Positions 23,978-32,000 of a stretch of DNA of 32,000 bases are shown here, piece by piece; within the stretch, counting starts at the first letter, position 1; every line of letters starts with the position of its first letter. Position numbers and translations under genes: made by a program. This DNA is from Bacillus marinisedimentorum. Its GTDB lineage: Bacteria; Bacillota; Bacilli; Bacillales; Bacillaceae_O. The notes under the pieces are model-generated. The model had not been told where the DNA came from, ran no database searches, and was given only the letters and a program-made list of their open reading frames with translations. Location of the stretch: assembly GCF_001644195.2 (NCBI RefSeq), contig NZ_LWBL02000039.1, positions 38,309 to 70,308 of the forward strand, read 5' to 3'.

Positions 23978-25741
23978 TCATGAACTGTAAACCGCAACTT
24001 TGTTTCGCCCTTTCTGTTTAGCTCCGGTATACATGGCACGGTCGGCATGGCGGATGAGTGCCATCGGTTCATCTGCATCTACAGGGGCCGTGGCTATGCC
24101 AAAAGATGCTGTGATTCGTATCATCTCTTTTGATTTATTTTCTCGTTGAATATGCTCTCTTAGCACAAAAGGTTTGCCGGCGATCGTCTGGCGGGCCATT
24201 TCTGCAAAAGCGAAGCAGCGATGCCTGTCCATATCGGGAAGAATAACAACAAACTCTTCTCCACCGTAGCGGATGACAGTTCCCCTGTCACCGGTTATTT
24301 TTTTCAGCCTGTCTGCCACTTCAATCAAAATCTCATTCCCGCTCTGATGACCGTATGTATCATTAATCGCTTTAAAGTGATCGAGATCAAGCATGATCAG
24401 CGACAGGGCCCTTAAGTTCCCGCCTTCAAGCTCAACAAAATTGGAGGCCAGGTACGTTTCCATGTATCGATAATTATATACATTCGTAAGCGAGCACTTT
24501 TCACTTTCTTCCTTCGTCTGTTCATAACTCCGGGCATTTTCAAGTGACACACCCAGATAGCTTCCAAGAATGTCGACAATCGTCAGCTGGAATTTTTCGA
24601 AGGCGCGCTTTTGCTTCGATGCCAGCAAAATAATACCGACAATTTCACGGTTCCGCTGGATCGGCACAGCCAAAATGCTTTCGACATCACCCGGCAACAC
24701 GCCTTTGGACAGAAACCGCCATTCATGCCGGCTATGATAAAGCAGGTTCCTTTCCGTCCGCATCAAACGGTTCGTTATTCCATCGGACCGCCAGAATGGG
24801 TTTTTTCCCTTTCTTGAGTCTGCTGGCTGTCCCGCTTCAAAGTACCGGAGGAGTTTCGTTTTCCTGCCCCTGTCAACGTCGATGATGTAGGCGAAATCAA
24901 CAGGCAGCATTCCCGCGATCTTTTCAATGAACAGATCGAGAATATCATCGGAATTCATGCGCCCCGTCAGTTGATGGCCGATATCGCTCGCTTTTTGCAG
25001 GTACACATTCATCTTCTGGCTTGTGTAATACAGCTTCACAAAAAGGGAGATTGTCATGAATGGGATGCCGACAAACAAGATTGCAACGGTACCCATTTCG
25101 ATATACAGCATATAAAGGACGAGGCCAACAGGGAATACGAGCAGGCTTGTGAGCGCCTCCCAGGCTGCATCCTTGCCGAATACAGGCCTTTTTTCTCCAG
25201 TCATATACAGCTGAACGACCATTAAAAAAATCTGGTTGGCAGCAAAAATGGCTGCGGCATATAGCATCACCTGAAGTAGCCTGTCCATATCGGACAGCAT
25301 GATAGCGCCATGCTGGCCTCCCGCAAGGTTGTAGATGGTTCCACCGGAAAGCGATACGAACAGGAACATCAAAAGATTGGCTGGTATGCGGTACGACTGC
25401 TGTGAAGGGATTTTCAGCTTGATCAGCAATACGGCTACCGCGGCCTGTGTCAGGACCATTTCAATAAAGAGGCCGAAATATAAAAAAACAGAGAGTGATA
25501 TCCCCTGGATAAAGAAAACAGGGGTTTCGTTTACAATAATCGGGAAAAAGGCGACAAGGCACATCAGCAATAAAAAGGCGATTATATCTTGTCCGGCACC
25601 CTGAATCACCGGGTCAGACGTCTGATACACACCGAGTAAAATAAGCGGCCATAATATTGCTGCCGCACCCCAGAGTCCAGCCGCTTTGGCTTTACTCACC
25701 CTCATAAGGCCCTCCACCCTTCTTTGTTCATCTATTTTCAT
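23978..25741 (-). CDS. Membrane-bound GAF-GGDEF diguanylate cyclase
   Basis: A polytopic N-terminal half, a central GAF-like region (ESILAVPIQRNREIVGIILLAS) and a C-terminal GGDEF domain with an intact RYGGEEF active-site motif plus DLDHFKAINDTYGH. The true start may be the ATG at 25703-25705 (RBS GGTGGAGGG), because the first ATG at 25741 has no RBS. Confidence 0.88.
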   Translation of the reverse strand: MKIDEQRRVEGLMRVSKAKAAGLWGAAAILWPLILLGVYQTSDPVIQGAGQDIIAFLLLMCLVAFFPIIVNETPVFFIQGISLSVFLYFGLFIEMVLTQAAVAVLLIKLKIPSQQSYRIPANLLMFLFVSLSGGTIYNLAGGQHGAIMLSDMDRLLQVMLYAAAIFAANQIFLMVVQLYMTGEKRPVFGKDAAWEALTSLLVFPVGLVLYMLYIEMGTVAILFVGIPFMTISLFVKLYYTSQKMNVYLQKASDIGHQLTGRMNSDDILDLFIEKIAGMLPVDFAYIIDVDRGRKTKLLRYFEAGQPADSRKGKNPFWRSDGITNRLMRTERNLLYHSRHEWRFLSKGVLPGDVESILAVPIQRNREIVGIILLASKQKRAFEKFQLTIVDILGSYLGVSLENARSYEQTKEESEKCSLTNVYNYRYMETYLASNFVELEGGNLRALSLIMLDLDHFKAINDTYGHQSGNEILIEVADRLKKITGDRGTVIRYGGEEFVVILPDMDRHRCFAFAEMARQTIAGKPFVLREHIQRENKSKEMIRITASFGIATAPVDADEPMALIRHADRAMYTGAKQKGRNKVAVYSS

Positions 25742-25769
25742 TTTAACAAAATTTTCTTAAAATTGATAT

Positions 25770-25804
25770 CAAAAATTAGGAGAAAGGACTCAATAGCCCT
25801 TTCT
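25770..25804 (-). terminator. Intrinsic terminator after folC
   Basis: On the minus strand, AGAAAGG-gctattgagt-CCTTTCT is followed by CCTAATTTTTG. Confidence 0.6.
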
Positions 25805-25841
25805 TCAAGTGAATCTTACCGCCTGTATCACACCCATAAAA

Positions 25842-27140
25842 TTACAAAACAAAAGCAGAACGCACACCTGATAAGAAGTAAAGCGATCCGGTGATGATCA
25901 GGATATCGTTTTCCGCAATCAGTTTTGTGGACGCGTTTATTGCATCCATCCAACTTTCATTCCATTCTTTGCGGCCGTTATCCGGATGGATCGAATAAAG
26001 AGTCTGCGCGGCGGCAGCGTTAGGAAAATCAAAGCTTGTGTAGATAACCCGGTCTGCCCCCTCTTCCAGCATTCGGGTCATGGCGGGAAGGTCTTTCGTC
26101 GTCAGGGCAGCGAATAAAATCCATACTTTTTTCCCTGCATACTTCGTGTGGACCGTCTGGACAAGGCTTCGTATCCCGGCTTCATTATGGGCTCCGTCAA
26201 GAATGATTGCCGGCTTATCCGCCACTTTTTCAAAGCGCGCCGGCCAGAATGCATTACGGAGTCCAGTTTCCACATGTCCATCATTGATTATAAACGAATA
26301 AAACATCTTCAAAAAATCAGCAGCCATTAATGCAAGCGCCGCATTTGAGATTTGGTGGCGCCCGATCAGGCCTGTTTGCAGCCCCTTTCGATTTGAGAAA
26401 GCAGAAAGATAATCGAATGTTTCCGCGTTTTCCATTGAAGTGTGGTTTGAAGTGGTGAAGCCGATTCCATAGCGATACAGCTTGGAGTTCTTTTCTGAAG
26501 CCTTTTTCTCGATTACTTTGACAGCTTCAGGGTGATCTGCCGCTGTAATGACAGGAACGCCGTTTTTAATGATCCCCGCTTTTTCAGCTGCTATTTGCGG
26601 AATCGTGCCGCCGAGTATGTTTGCATGATCCATGCTGATGTTCGTAATGATGGAAACAAGCGGATGAATGACATTGGTCGAATCGAGCCTGCCGCCGAGT
26701 CCGGTCTCAAACAGCACGATATCCGGATATGCCGCATTGGCGAAGTACAGGATCGCCATCAACGTAACAACTTCAAATTCAGTCGGGGCACCCGGGCCGG
26801 CTGACTCCGCTTCTTCAACAACGGGCCTGATATCATTTACCAGGCGGACGATGTCATCATCCGGAATCTGGCGACCTCCACAGGCAATGCGTTCGTTGAA
26901 CCGCTCAATGTATGGTGAAGTAAATGTGCCGACCTCGTAGCCTGCTTCAGTCAATATACTGTTTAAAAAGGCAACGACGGACCCTTTTCCATTCGTCCCT
27001 GCTATATGTACAGTTTTCAGCCGCCTTTCCGGATGGCCGAATTGTTCAAGCATCCATTCCATCCGGTCAAGGCCGGGTTTTATCCCGAATTTATGGCGTG
27101 ACTGCAGCCAGTCAAGTGCTTCTTCATATGTATTTACCAT
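25842..27140 (-). CDS. folC: Folylpolyglutamate synthase / dihydrofolate synthase
   Basis: Mur-ligase family. The HIAGTNGKGS P-loop, the MDHANILG motif and the position downstream of valS match B. subtilis folC. Confidence 0.95.
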   Translation of the reverse strand: MVNTYEEALDWLQSRHKFGIKPGLDRMEWMLEQFGHPERRLKTVHIAGTNGKGSVVAFLNSILTEAGYEVGTFTSPYIERFNERIACGGRQIPDDDIVRLVNDIRPVVEEAESAGPGAPTEFEVVTLMAILYFANAAYPDIVLFETGLGGRLDSTNVIHPLVSIITNISMDHANILGGTIPQIAAEKAGIIKNGVPVITAADHPEAVKVIEKKASEKNSKLYRYGIGFTTSNHTSMENAETFDYLSAFSNRKGLQTGLIGRHQISNAALALMAADFLKMFYSFIINDGHVETGLRNAFWPARFEKVADKPAIILDGAHNEAGIRSLVQTVHTKYAGKKVWILFAALTTKDLPAMTRMLEEGADRVIYTSFDFPNAAAAQTLYSIHPDNGRKEWNESWMDAINASTKLIAENDILIITGSLYFLSGVRSAFVL

Positions 27141-27177
27141 TTTTGTTTCTCCTTCTTCAGTCTGTATCTCTTCGTTT

Positions 27178-27206
27178 ATTATGCCATGAAGGTTTAGCGC
27201 GGTAAA
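27178..27206 (-). promoter_or_regulatory. Possible sigma-A promoter for folC
   Basis: Minus strand reads TTTACC (27201-27206), 17 nt, CATAAT (27178-27183). Confidence 0.35.
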
Positions 27207-27224
27207 GGCACATACTCAGGCAGT

Positions 27225-27256
27225 CAAAAAATGAGCGGAGTGCATGTGCACTCCGC
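27225..27256 (-). terminator. Intrinsic terminator after valS
   Basis: On the minus strand, GCGGAGTGCA-(tg)-TGCACTCCGC is followed by TCATTTTTTG, starting 7 nt after the valS stop. Confidence 0.8.
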
Positions 27257-27262
27257 AGCATA

Positions 27263-29905
27263 TTACTGTTTCAGTTCTTCAAGCCTGCTTTTCACGATAT
27301 CGCGTTTTTCAAGATAGTCTTTTTCTTTCTTCCGTTCTTCGTCAACTACCGCCTCAGGTGCTTTTTTAACAAAGTTTTCGTTGCCGAGTTTTTTCTGGAC
27401 ACGTGTTACTTCGCCGTTAAGCTTTTCAAGTTCTTTTTCAAGGCGGATGATTTCTTCGGCGATATCGATCAGCCCTTCAAGCGGAAGAATCAACTCCGCC
27501 CCTGTCACAACTGCTGTCATTGCTTTCTCATCGGCTTCTACCCCGGTTCCAATCAATAACTCGCTCGGATTGCAGAAGCGTTCAAGATAATCGCGGTTCT
27601 TTTCAAGCGTGCCCATCATTGATTCTTCGGTTGTCTTGATCTTCAGCTTGATTTGCTTGCTCATCGGTGTGTTCACTTCCGCCCGGATATTGCGGACTGA
27701 ACGGATAATGTCAACGAGCAGCTTCATTTCCTCCGATGCCTGCTGATCTGACATTTCCTCTCTCACACCCGGCCAACTTGCAACCGTGATTGAAACGCCT
27801 TTGTGCGGGAGGTGCTGCCATATTTCTTCGGTGATAAAAGGCATGTACGGGTGCAATAGGCGCATCGTATTATCGAGAACATATGCAAGCACCGAACGGG
27901 TCGTCTTCTTCTGGTCTTCATCATCTCCATAAAGCGGCAGTTTCGCCATTTCGATGTACCAGTCGCAAAGGTCATCCCAAATGAAGTTGTAAAGCAGGCG
28001 TCCGACTTCGCCGAATTCATATTTATCCATCATTTTCGAGACATCACGTATCGTCTCATTCAAACGGGTCAGAATCCATTTGTCAGCGACAGTTTTCTCA
28101 CCGCTCAAGTCGATTTCCTCATACGTCATGCCTTCCATATTCATCAATGCGAAACGTGAGGCATTCCATATTTTGTTGCCGAAGTTCCATGCGGACTCAA
28201 CTTTCTCCCATTGGAAACGCAAATCCTGTCCCGGTGTTCCGCCTGTGGCGAGGAAATAGCGCAGTGCATCGGCGCCATACTTATCGATGACTTCCATCGG
28301 GTCGATTCCGTTTCCGAGTGATTTGCTCATTTTGCGTCCGTCTGCATCGCGTACAAGGCCATGCAGCAGTACGTCTTTGAACGGCCGCTTCCCGGTAAAT
28401 TCGATGCCCTGGAAAATCATGCGGGCAACCCAGAAATAAATGATGTCATAACCCGTTACAAGTACATCCGTCGGATAAAAACGTTTAAAGTCAGCCGATT
28501 CCTCATCAGGCCAGCCCATTGTTGAAAACGGCCAGAGTGCCGAGCTGAACCATGTGTCAAGGACATCTTCATCCTGCTTCCAGTTTTCGATATCCTGCGG
28601 CGGCTCATGGCCGACATGGATTTCGCCTGTTTCTTTATGGTACCAGGCTGGAATGCGGTGGCCCCACCAGAGTTGTCGGGAAATGCACCAGTCACGGATA
28701 TTCTCAATCCAGTGCATATACGTTTTTTCAAATCGCTCCGGAACGAAGTTCACTTTTCCATCTGTTTTCTGCAGCTCGATCGCTTGTTCCGCCAGCGGGC
28801 CCATTTTAACAAACCACTGGGTGGAAAGATACGGTTCAACAACTGCCCCGCTCCGCTCGGAATGACCGACAGAATGAGTGTGCTCTTCAATTTTCACGAG
28901 CACGCCTTCATCTTGAAGATCCTTCACGATTTCTTTGCGGCATTCAAACCGGTCCATGCCCTGGTATTTGCCGGCATTTCCGTTCATGGTACCGTCTTCA
29001 TTCATGACAAGGACACGTTTCAGGTTATGGCGGTTGCCGATTTCAAAGTCATTCGGGTCGTGGGCCGGGGTGATTTTCACCGCACCGGAACCGAACTCCA
29101 TATCGACATAGTCATCACCGACAATTTCCAGTTCGCGGCCGATAATCGGCAGGATTGCCTTATTGCCGATCAAATGTTTATAACGGTCATCTTCCGGATG
29201 TACCGCAATCGCAGTGTCACCGAGCATGGTTTCCGGGCGGGTTGTCGCAATTTCGATTTCACCCGAACCATCTGCAAGCGGATACCGCATATGATAGAAT
29301 GCACCTTGAACATCCTTGTAAATGACTTCGATGTCAGACAGCGCCGTCTTTGTTTGCGGATCCCAGTTGATTATATATTCGCCGCGGTAGATCAGGCCTT
29401 TTTTATAAAGGGAGACAAACACTTCGCGAACCGCTTTTGACAACCCTTCATCAAGCGTGAAACGCTCGCGGGAATAGTCGAGCCCAAGACCGAGTTTTGC
29501 CCACTGCCTGCGGATGAATTCGGCATATTCTTCTTTCCATTCCCATGATTTTTCAAGGAATTTTTCCCTTCCCAGATCGTGGCGGGAAATTCCCTGCTCA
29601 CGAAGTTTGGCATCAACCTTTGCCTGGGTTGCGATTCCGGCATGGTCCATGCCCGGCAGCCATAATACGTCATATCCCTGCATTCGCTTCGCCCTGGTCA
29701 GAATGTCCTGAAGCGTCGTATCCCATGCATGGCCAAGGTGAAGCTTGCCGGTAACATTCGGCGGCGGAATGACAATCGTGTAGGGCTCTTTCGCTTCATC
29801 GCCTGTCGCCTGGAAAAACTTTTCTTTCACCCACCAGTCATACCACTTTGCTTCCGTCGATTGCGGGTTATACTTCGTCGGCATCTTGATTTCTTCATTA
29901 GCCAT
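27263..29905 (-). CDS. valS: Valine--tRNA ligase
   Basis: 880 aa class I aaRS with HIGH-type [19 protein letters not shown], the editing domain and a C-terminal coiled coil. Confidence 0.98.
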   Translation of the reverse strand: MANEEIKMPTKYNPQSTEAKWYDWWVKEKFFQATGDEAKEPYTIVIPPPNVTGKLHLGHAWDTTLQDILTRAKRMQGYDVLWLPGMDHAGIATQAKVDAKLREQGISRHDLGREKFLEKSWEWKEEYAEFIRRQWAKLGLGLDYSRERFTLDEGLSKAVREVFVSLYKKGLIYRGEYIINWDPQTKTALSDIEVIYKDVQGAFYHMRYPLADGSGEIEIATTRPETMLGDTAIAVHPEDDRYKHLIGNKAILPIIGRELEIVGDDYVDMEFGSGAVKITPAHDPNDFEIGNRHNLKRVLVMNEDGTMNGNAGKYQGMDRFECRKEIVKDLQDEGVLVKIEEHTHSVGHSERSGAVVEPYLSTQWFVKMGPLAEQAIELQKTDGKVNFVPERFEKTYMHWIENIRDWCISRQLWWGHRIPAWYHKETGEIHVGHEPPQDIENWKQDEDVLDTWFSSALWPFSTMGWPDEESADFKRFYPTDVLVTGYDIIYFWVARMIFQGIEFTGKRPFKDVLLHGLVRDADGRKMSKSLGNGIDPMEVIDKYGADALRYFLATGGTPGQDLRFQWEKVESAWNFGNKIWNASRFALMNMEGMTYEEIDLSGEKTVADKWILTRLNETIRDVSKMMDKYEFGEVGRLLYNFIWDDLCDWYIEMAKLPLYGDDEDQKKTTRSVLAYVLDNTMRLLHPYMPFITEEIWQHLPHKGVSITVASWPGVREEMSDQQASEEMKLLVDIIRSVRNIRAEVNTPMSKQIKLKIKTTEESMMGTLEKNRDYLERFCNPSELLIGTGVEADEKAMTAVVTGAELILPLEGLIDIAEEIIRLEKELEKLNGEVTRVQKKLGNENFVKKAPEAVVDEERKKEKDYLEKRDIVKSRLEELKQ

Positions 29906-29959
29906 CTCTATACCCTCCTGTTTTTTACGTTTCTTCTGTAGGTCCTTTGCTGAAAACAG

Positions 29960-30258
29960 CCAATAAAAAAAGCCTTTTTCACCAAAAGGGCGAAAAAAGC
30001 TGTATCCGCGGTACCACCTTTATTTGCCTGAACAGGAATGCTGAAAAATCCTGCCCGGCACACTTCATCGGATAACGGCTTATGCCGGCTTCTTCTACTG
30101 ATGCCATAAGGCCCTTGTTCAAAGAAGCTGCTTGAGGGCGACCTTCCGAATACATGGATCCTGGAAATTCTCTCAGCAAACTGAATTTCCTCTCTTTAGG
30201 CCTTGCATCCATACTCTTCCCTGTCCCAGCATTTCATTCATGGACTTTTTCAAATACT
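29960..30258 (-). promoter_or_regulatory. T-box leader (valine specifier) controlling valS
   Basis: The minus strand shows stem I elements (AGAGA, GCTGAGAG), a candidate specifier GTC in GGAAGGTCGCC (30140-30142), and the T-box sequence AAAGGTGGTACCGCGG (about 30006-30023). The terminator GCCCTTTTGGTGAAAAAGGC (29972-29991) plus TTTTTTT competes with the antiterminator. Confidence 0.85.
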
Positions 30259-30269
30259 GATATATAAGT

Positions 30270-30299
30270 ATATTACAAATAAAGTTCGAATGACGTCAA
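30270..30299 (-). promoter_or_regulatory. Sigma-A-type promoter for the valS T-box leader
   Basis: Minus strand reads TTGACG (30294-30299), 18 nt, TAATAT (30270-30275). Confidence 0.5.
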
Positions 30300-30645
30300 C
30301 TATTGTTCCCCGTTTTTTTGATTTTTATTCATAATGATTTGGCTGTAAGCAAACTGGATTCATTATACACGTCTTTCCGTTAGGGTTTTTCGTAAACATT
30401 GCTCCTGTTTTAACAGGGCGGGTTGATTTCTGATACAATACTCACTTTCACCTGGACCACAAGTGCTGCATCAGTTCATGGTTACCTTCGGCCGCATCCA
30501 CAGTATGTTCTTTGCCGGAGGGCTTCAGGCATATCCATTCATTCCCGTCCATAACTCTTTCTTCACAAATACACTTTTCCCCGACCTCCTGCATAAACTG
30601 GTTTTAACACGACTGGACGCTCTATGCTTCTGGAAGGAGGAAATC

Positions 30646-30837
30646 ATGAAAAGACGTTACTGGAAGTACAGGCTGCCGCCCGGTGTAAGGAAGTTCAGGG
30701 ACATTTGCGAACAAATCACTCTGCCGTTATGTATATTCCAGCTGATCAGAACGCTGCTCTTTCCAACAACCCTTGATGTCATTTTTTTAATCTGCCTTGT
30801 ATTTCTGCTGTGTTGTTTTTATTTGGGATGGTTATAG
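30646..30837 (+). CDS. Small (63 aa) hydrophobic membrane protein
   Basis: An ATG 5 nt after a strong RBS (GGAAGGAGGAAATC). A basic N-terminus (MKRRYWKYRLPPGVRKFR) is followed by two hydrophobic segments. The ORF-track version starts at a GTG at 30463 with no RBS and a non-protein-like N-terminal extension. Confidence 0.55.
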   Translation: MKRRYWKYRLPPGVRKFRDICEQITLPLCIFQLIRTLLFPTTLDVIFLICLVFLLCCFYLGWL

Positions 30838-30907
30838 GGGGCTCTCACAAAATTTTTTCGGCCTTCTGCTCTGCCTGGATCGCTTCTCACCTTAATTCTT
30901 CATATAA

Positions 30908-30942
30908 AGTAAGCCGGCTGACTTCCTGTCTGCCGGCTTACT
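30908..30942 (-). terminator. Hairpin terminator after ysxE (possibly bidirectional)
   Basis: AGTAAGCCGGC (30908-30918) pairs perfectly with GCCGGCTTACT (30932-30942). It lies immediately after the ysxE stop and is followed on the minus strand by TTATATG. Confidence 0.6.
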
Positions 30943-30945
30943 CTG

Positions 30946-31935
30946 TCATTCTGTTTCCATCTCGATCATTCTCCTTGCAATCACCCCGCGTTTTTCAAGT
31001 TTCCAGACCGCTTGCTGCAGCCTGCGGGTCCAAGTTAAGTGGTCCGTAAGCCGCAGCCTGCTGAGGCAAAGGTCCAAAAGTTCCTGATGGGAGACCAGGA
31101 GGGCTGCAAAAAGATATTTTTCCTCCATTCGCCAGGAGAATGCTTCAAAGTAAGGTTCCAGGCTCTCCACAAACGTTCCCGGATCTGCTGAGCCTTCAAT
31201 TGCGTGTTTTTCTGTGTAAAAAAGCAAATCGAACACCGGAGAATCGTACCCCGCCTGTTCAAGGTTAATCAGTAAGCTCCCGCCTTCCCTGTCTGTCAGA
31301 AAGTGATCTTCACAGGCGTTATGGAGGACGGCACAAATCCGTGCCTTTTTGTCCCCTGCTTCTTCACGCCAGCCGGCCAGCCACCTTTCTGAATCTTCCA
31401 GCAGGACCATCACCTGAAAGAAAGAGGAAGTGAATAAGTATTCTCCCGGAGACATGTAGACCCTTTGCTCACATGTTTCCATAAACGTCTCGAATGCATA
31501 CCGCTGTTTTTGCCGGATGTTTCGAACCGTTGAAGAGAAAGCATCAAGCTGTACCGCGCTCAATTCCTGCTCCTTCACCGTCATGCGATGAAGCCTGGCA
31601 ATTTCTACAGGATACTTTTTGATGTTCCGGTCAGCCGCCTCGTTTGTATCAATCCATGGCGTCAGCGTATAATAGACACCATTAACTTCGACACCCGGCT
31701 GGCCGGAAATTGTCGGGGACGGCGCAAGAAGCCGTCGGTACCCTTTTTTATAAATGGTTTGCAGCATATGCGCAAACCTGCCGGCATCTTCTTTACGGAG
31801 CCGCGTTTTTTTTAATGCAAAGGTGCCGCCGTCCGTTTCCACCTTTTTGATTCGGCCCCGGCCTGTTACTTTCTGCGGCGTTAAGCGGTAAGCGGCCAGG
31901 ATACGCCGGTATTTTTCAGAAATGTTTCCAGTCAT
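30946..31935 (-). CDS. ysxE: Spore coat protein YsxE-like (CotS / aminoglycoside phosphotransferase-like fold)
   Basis: 329 aa. It sits between the valS region and the end of an upstream sporulation gene, as ysxE does in B. subtilis. The kinase-like layout includes a degenerate catalytic-loop region (VLHNACEDHFL). The assignment rests largely on synteny. Confidence 0.65.
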   Translation of the reverse strand: MTGNISEKYRRILAAYRLTPQKVTGRGRIKKVETDGGTFALKKTRLRKEDAGRFAHMLQTIYKKGYRRLLAPSPTISGQPGVEVNGVYYTLTPWIDTNEAADRNIKKYPVEIARLHRMTVKEQELSAVQLDAFSSTVRNIRQKQRYAFETFMETCEQRVYMSPGEYLFTSSFFQVMVLLEDSERWLAGWREEAGDKKARICAVLHNACEDHFLTDREGGSLLINLEQAGYDSPVFDLLFYTEKHAIEGSADPGTFVESLEPYFEAFSWRMEEKYLFAALLVSHQELLDLCLSRLRLTDHLTWTRRLQQAVWKLEKRGVIARRMIEMETE

Positions 31936-31951
31936 TTGGCCTCACCTGCTG

Positions 31952-32000
31952 TTATTGAATGATAACCGGCTTTTTGCCGGCTGATGCAGCATAACGGCCT
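31952..32000 (-). CDS. Possible 3' end of the upstream gene (spoVID position), partial
   Basis: A reverse-strand frame reads ...GRYAASAGKKPVIIQ* and ends at a TAA (31952-31954), just before the ysxE RBS AGGTGAGG. There is too little sequence to identify it; the call is by synteny only. Confidence 0.25.
   Translation of the reverse strand, partial: GRYAASAGKKPVIIQ

Noticed and set aside
23790-23990. 66 aa plus-strand ORF, and the 69 aa minus-strand ORF at 23489-23698, in the pilX-DGC spacer.
   Set aside because: The first spans the 17 bp terminator hairpin and runs into the DGC stop region. The second covers structured element B. Neither has an RBS, and both have Cys/Arg/His-rich, non-protein-like sequences.
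11503-25741. Whether the T4P/DGC block is a mobile genomic island or hides a defence system.
   Set aside because: I found no integrase, transposase, flanking tRNA or direct repeats. There are no nuclease, helicase, methylase, TIR or STAND-type ORFs. Overall composition matches the flanks, apart from the pilA 3' part. Every ORF fits T4P or c-di-GMP biology.
30463-30645. GTG-initiated N-terminal extension that makes the small membrane protein 124 aa long.
   Set aside because: There is no RBS before the GTG, and the extension has no protein-like character. A near-perfect RBS precedes the internal ATG at 30646.

Overview
This window reads as chromosomal DNA from an endospore-forming, Bacillaceae-type Firmicute. 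Almost every gene is on the minus strand. The order follows the Bacillus subtilis template (spoVID)-ysxE-valS-folC-[comC]-spoIIB-maf-radC-mreBCD-minCD-spoIVFA/FB-rplU-ysxB(prp). There are three departures from that template. (1) The single comC slot holds a ~12 kb type IV pilus (T4P) locus. On the minus strand it encodes an acidic membrane protein, a degenerate VanW/G5 protein, then pilB, pilT, pilC, pilA, pilD, pilM, pilN and a pilO-LysM fusion. A three-gene minor-pilin operon diverges on the plus strand, and a membrane GAF-GGDEF diguanylate cyclase lies next to folC. (2) An RNase E/G-family gene sits between spoIVFB and rplU. (3) A ~0.8 kb non-coding, hairpin-dense spacer separates minD from spoIVFA. 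Three signals are not explained by the gene list. First, a structured ~85-120 nt element occurs in two diverged copies (4308-4394 and 23549-23668) with compensatory base changes and a pyrimidine-rich CCUCC-type loop. Second, there is a 168 nt nested palindrome at 4041-4208. Third, the 9-mer TTTGTCGAA (extended Spo0A box) occurs four times, always intergenic: two copies upstream of maf, one upstream of minC and one in the divergent T4P promoter region. A valine T-box leader, an L21 leader and several intrinsic terminators are also visible. I saw no tRNA or rRNA genes, CRISPR arrays, transposases, integrases or recognisable defence genes. All calls come from reading the sequence and from remembered family signatures; no database search was run.
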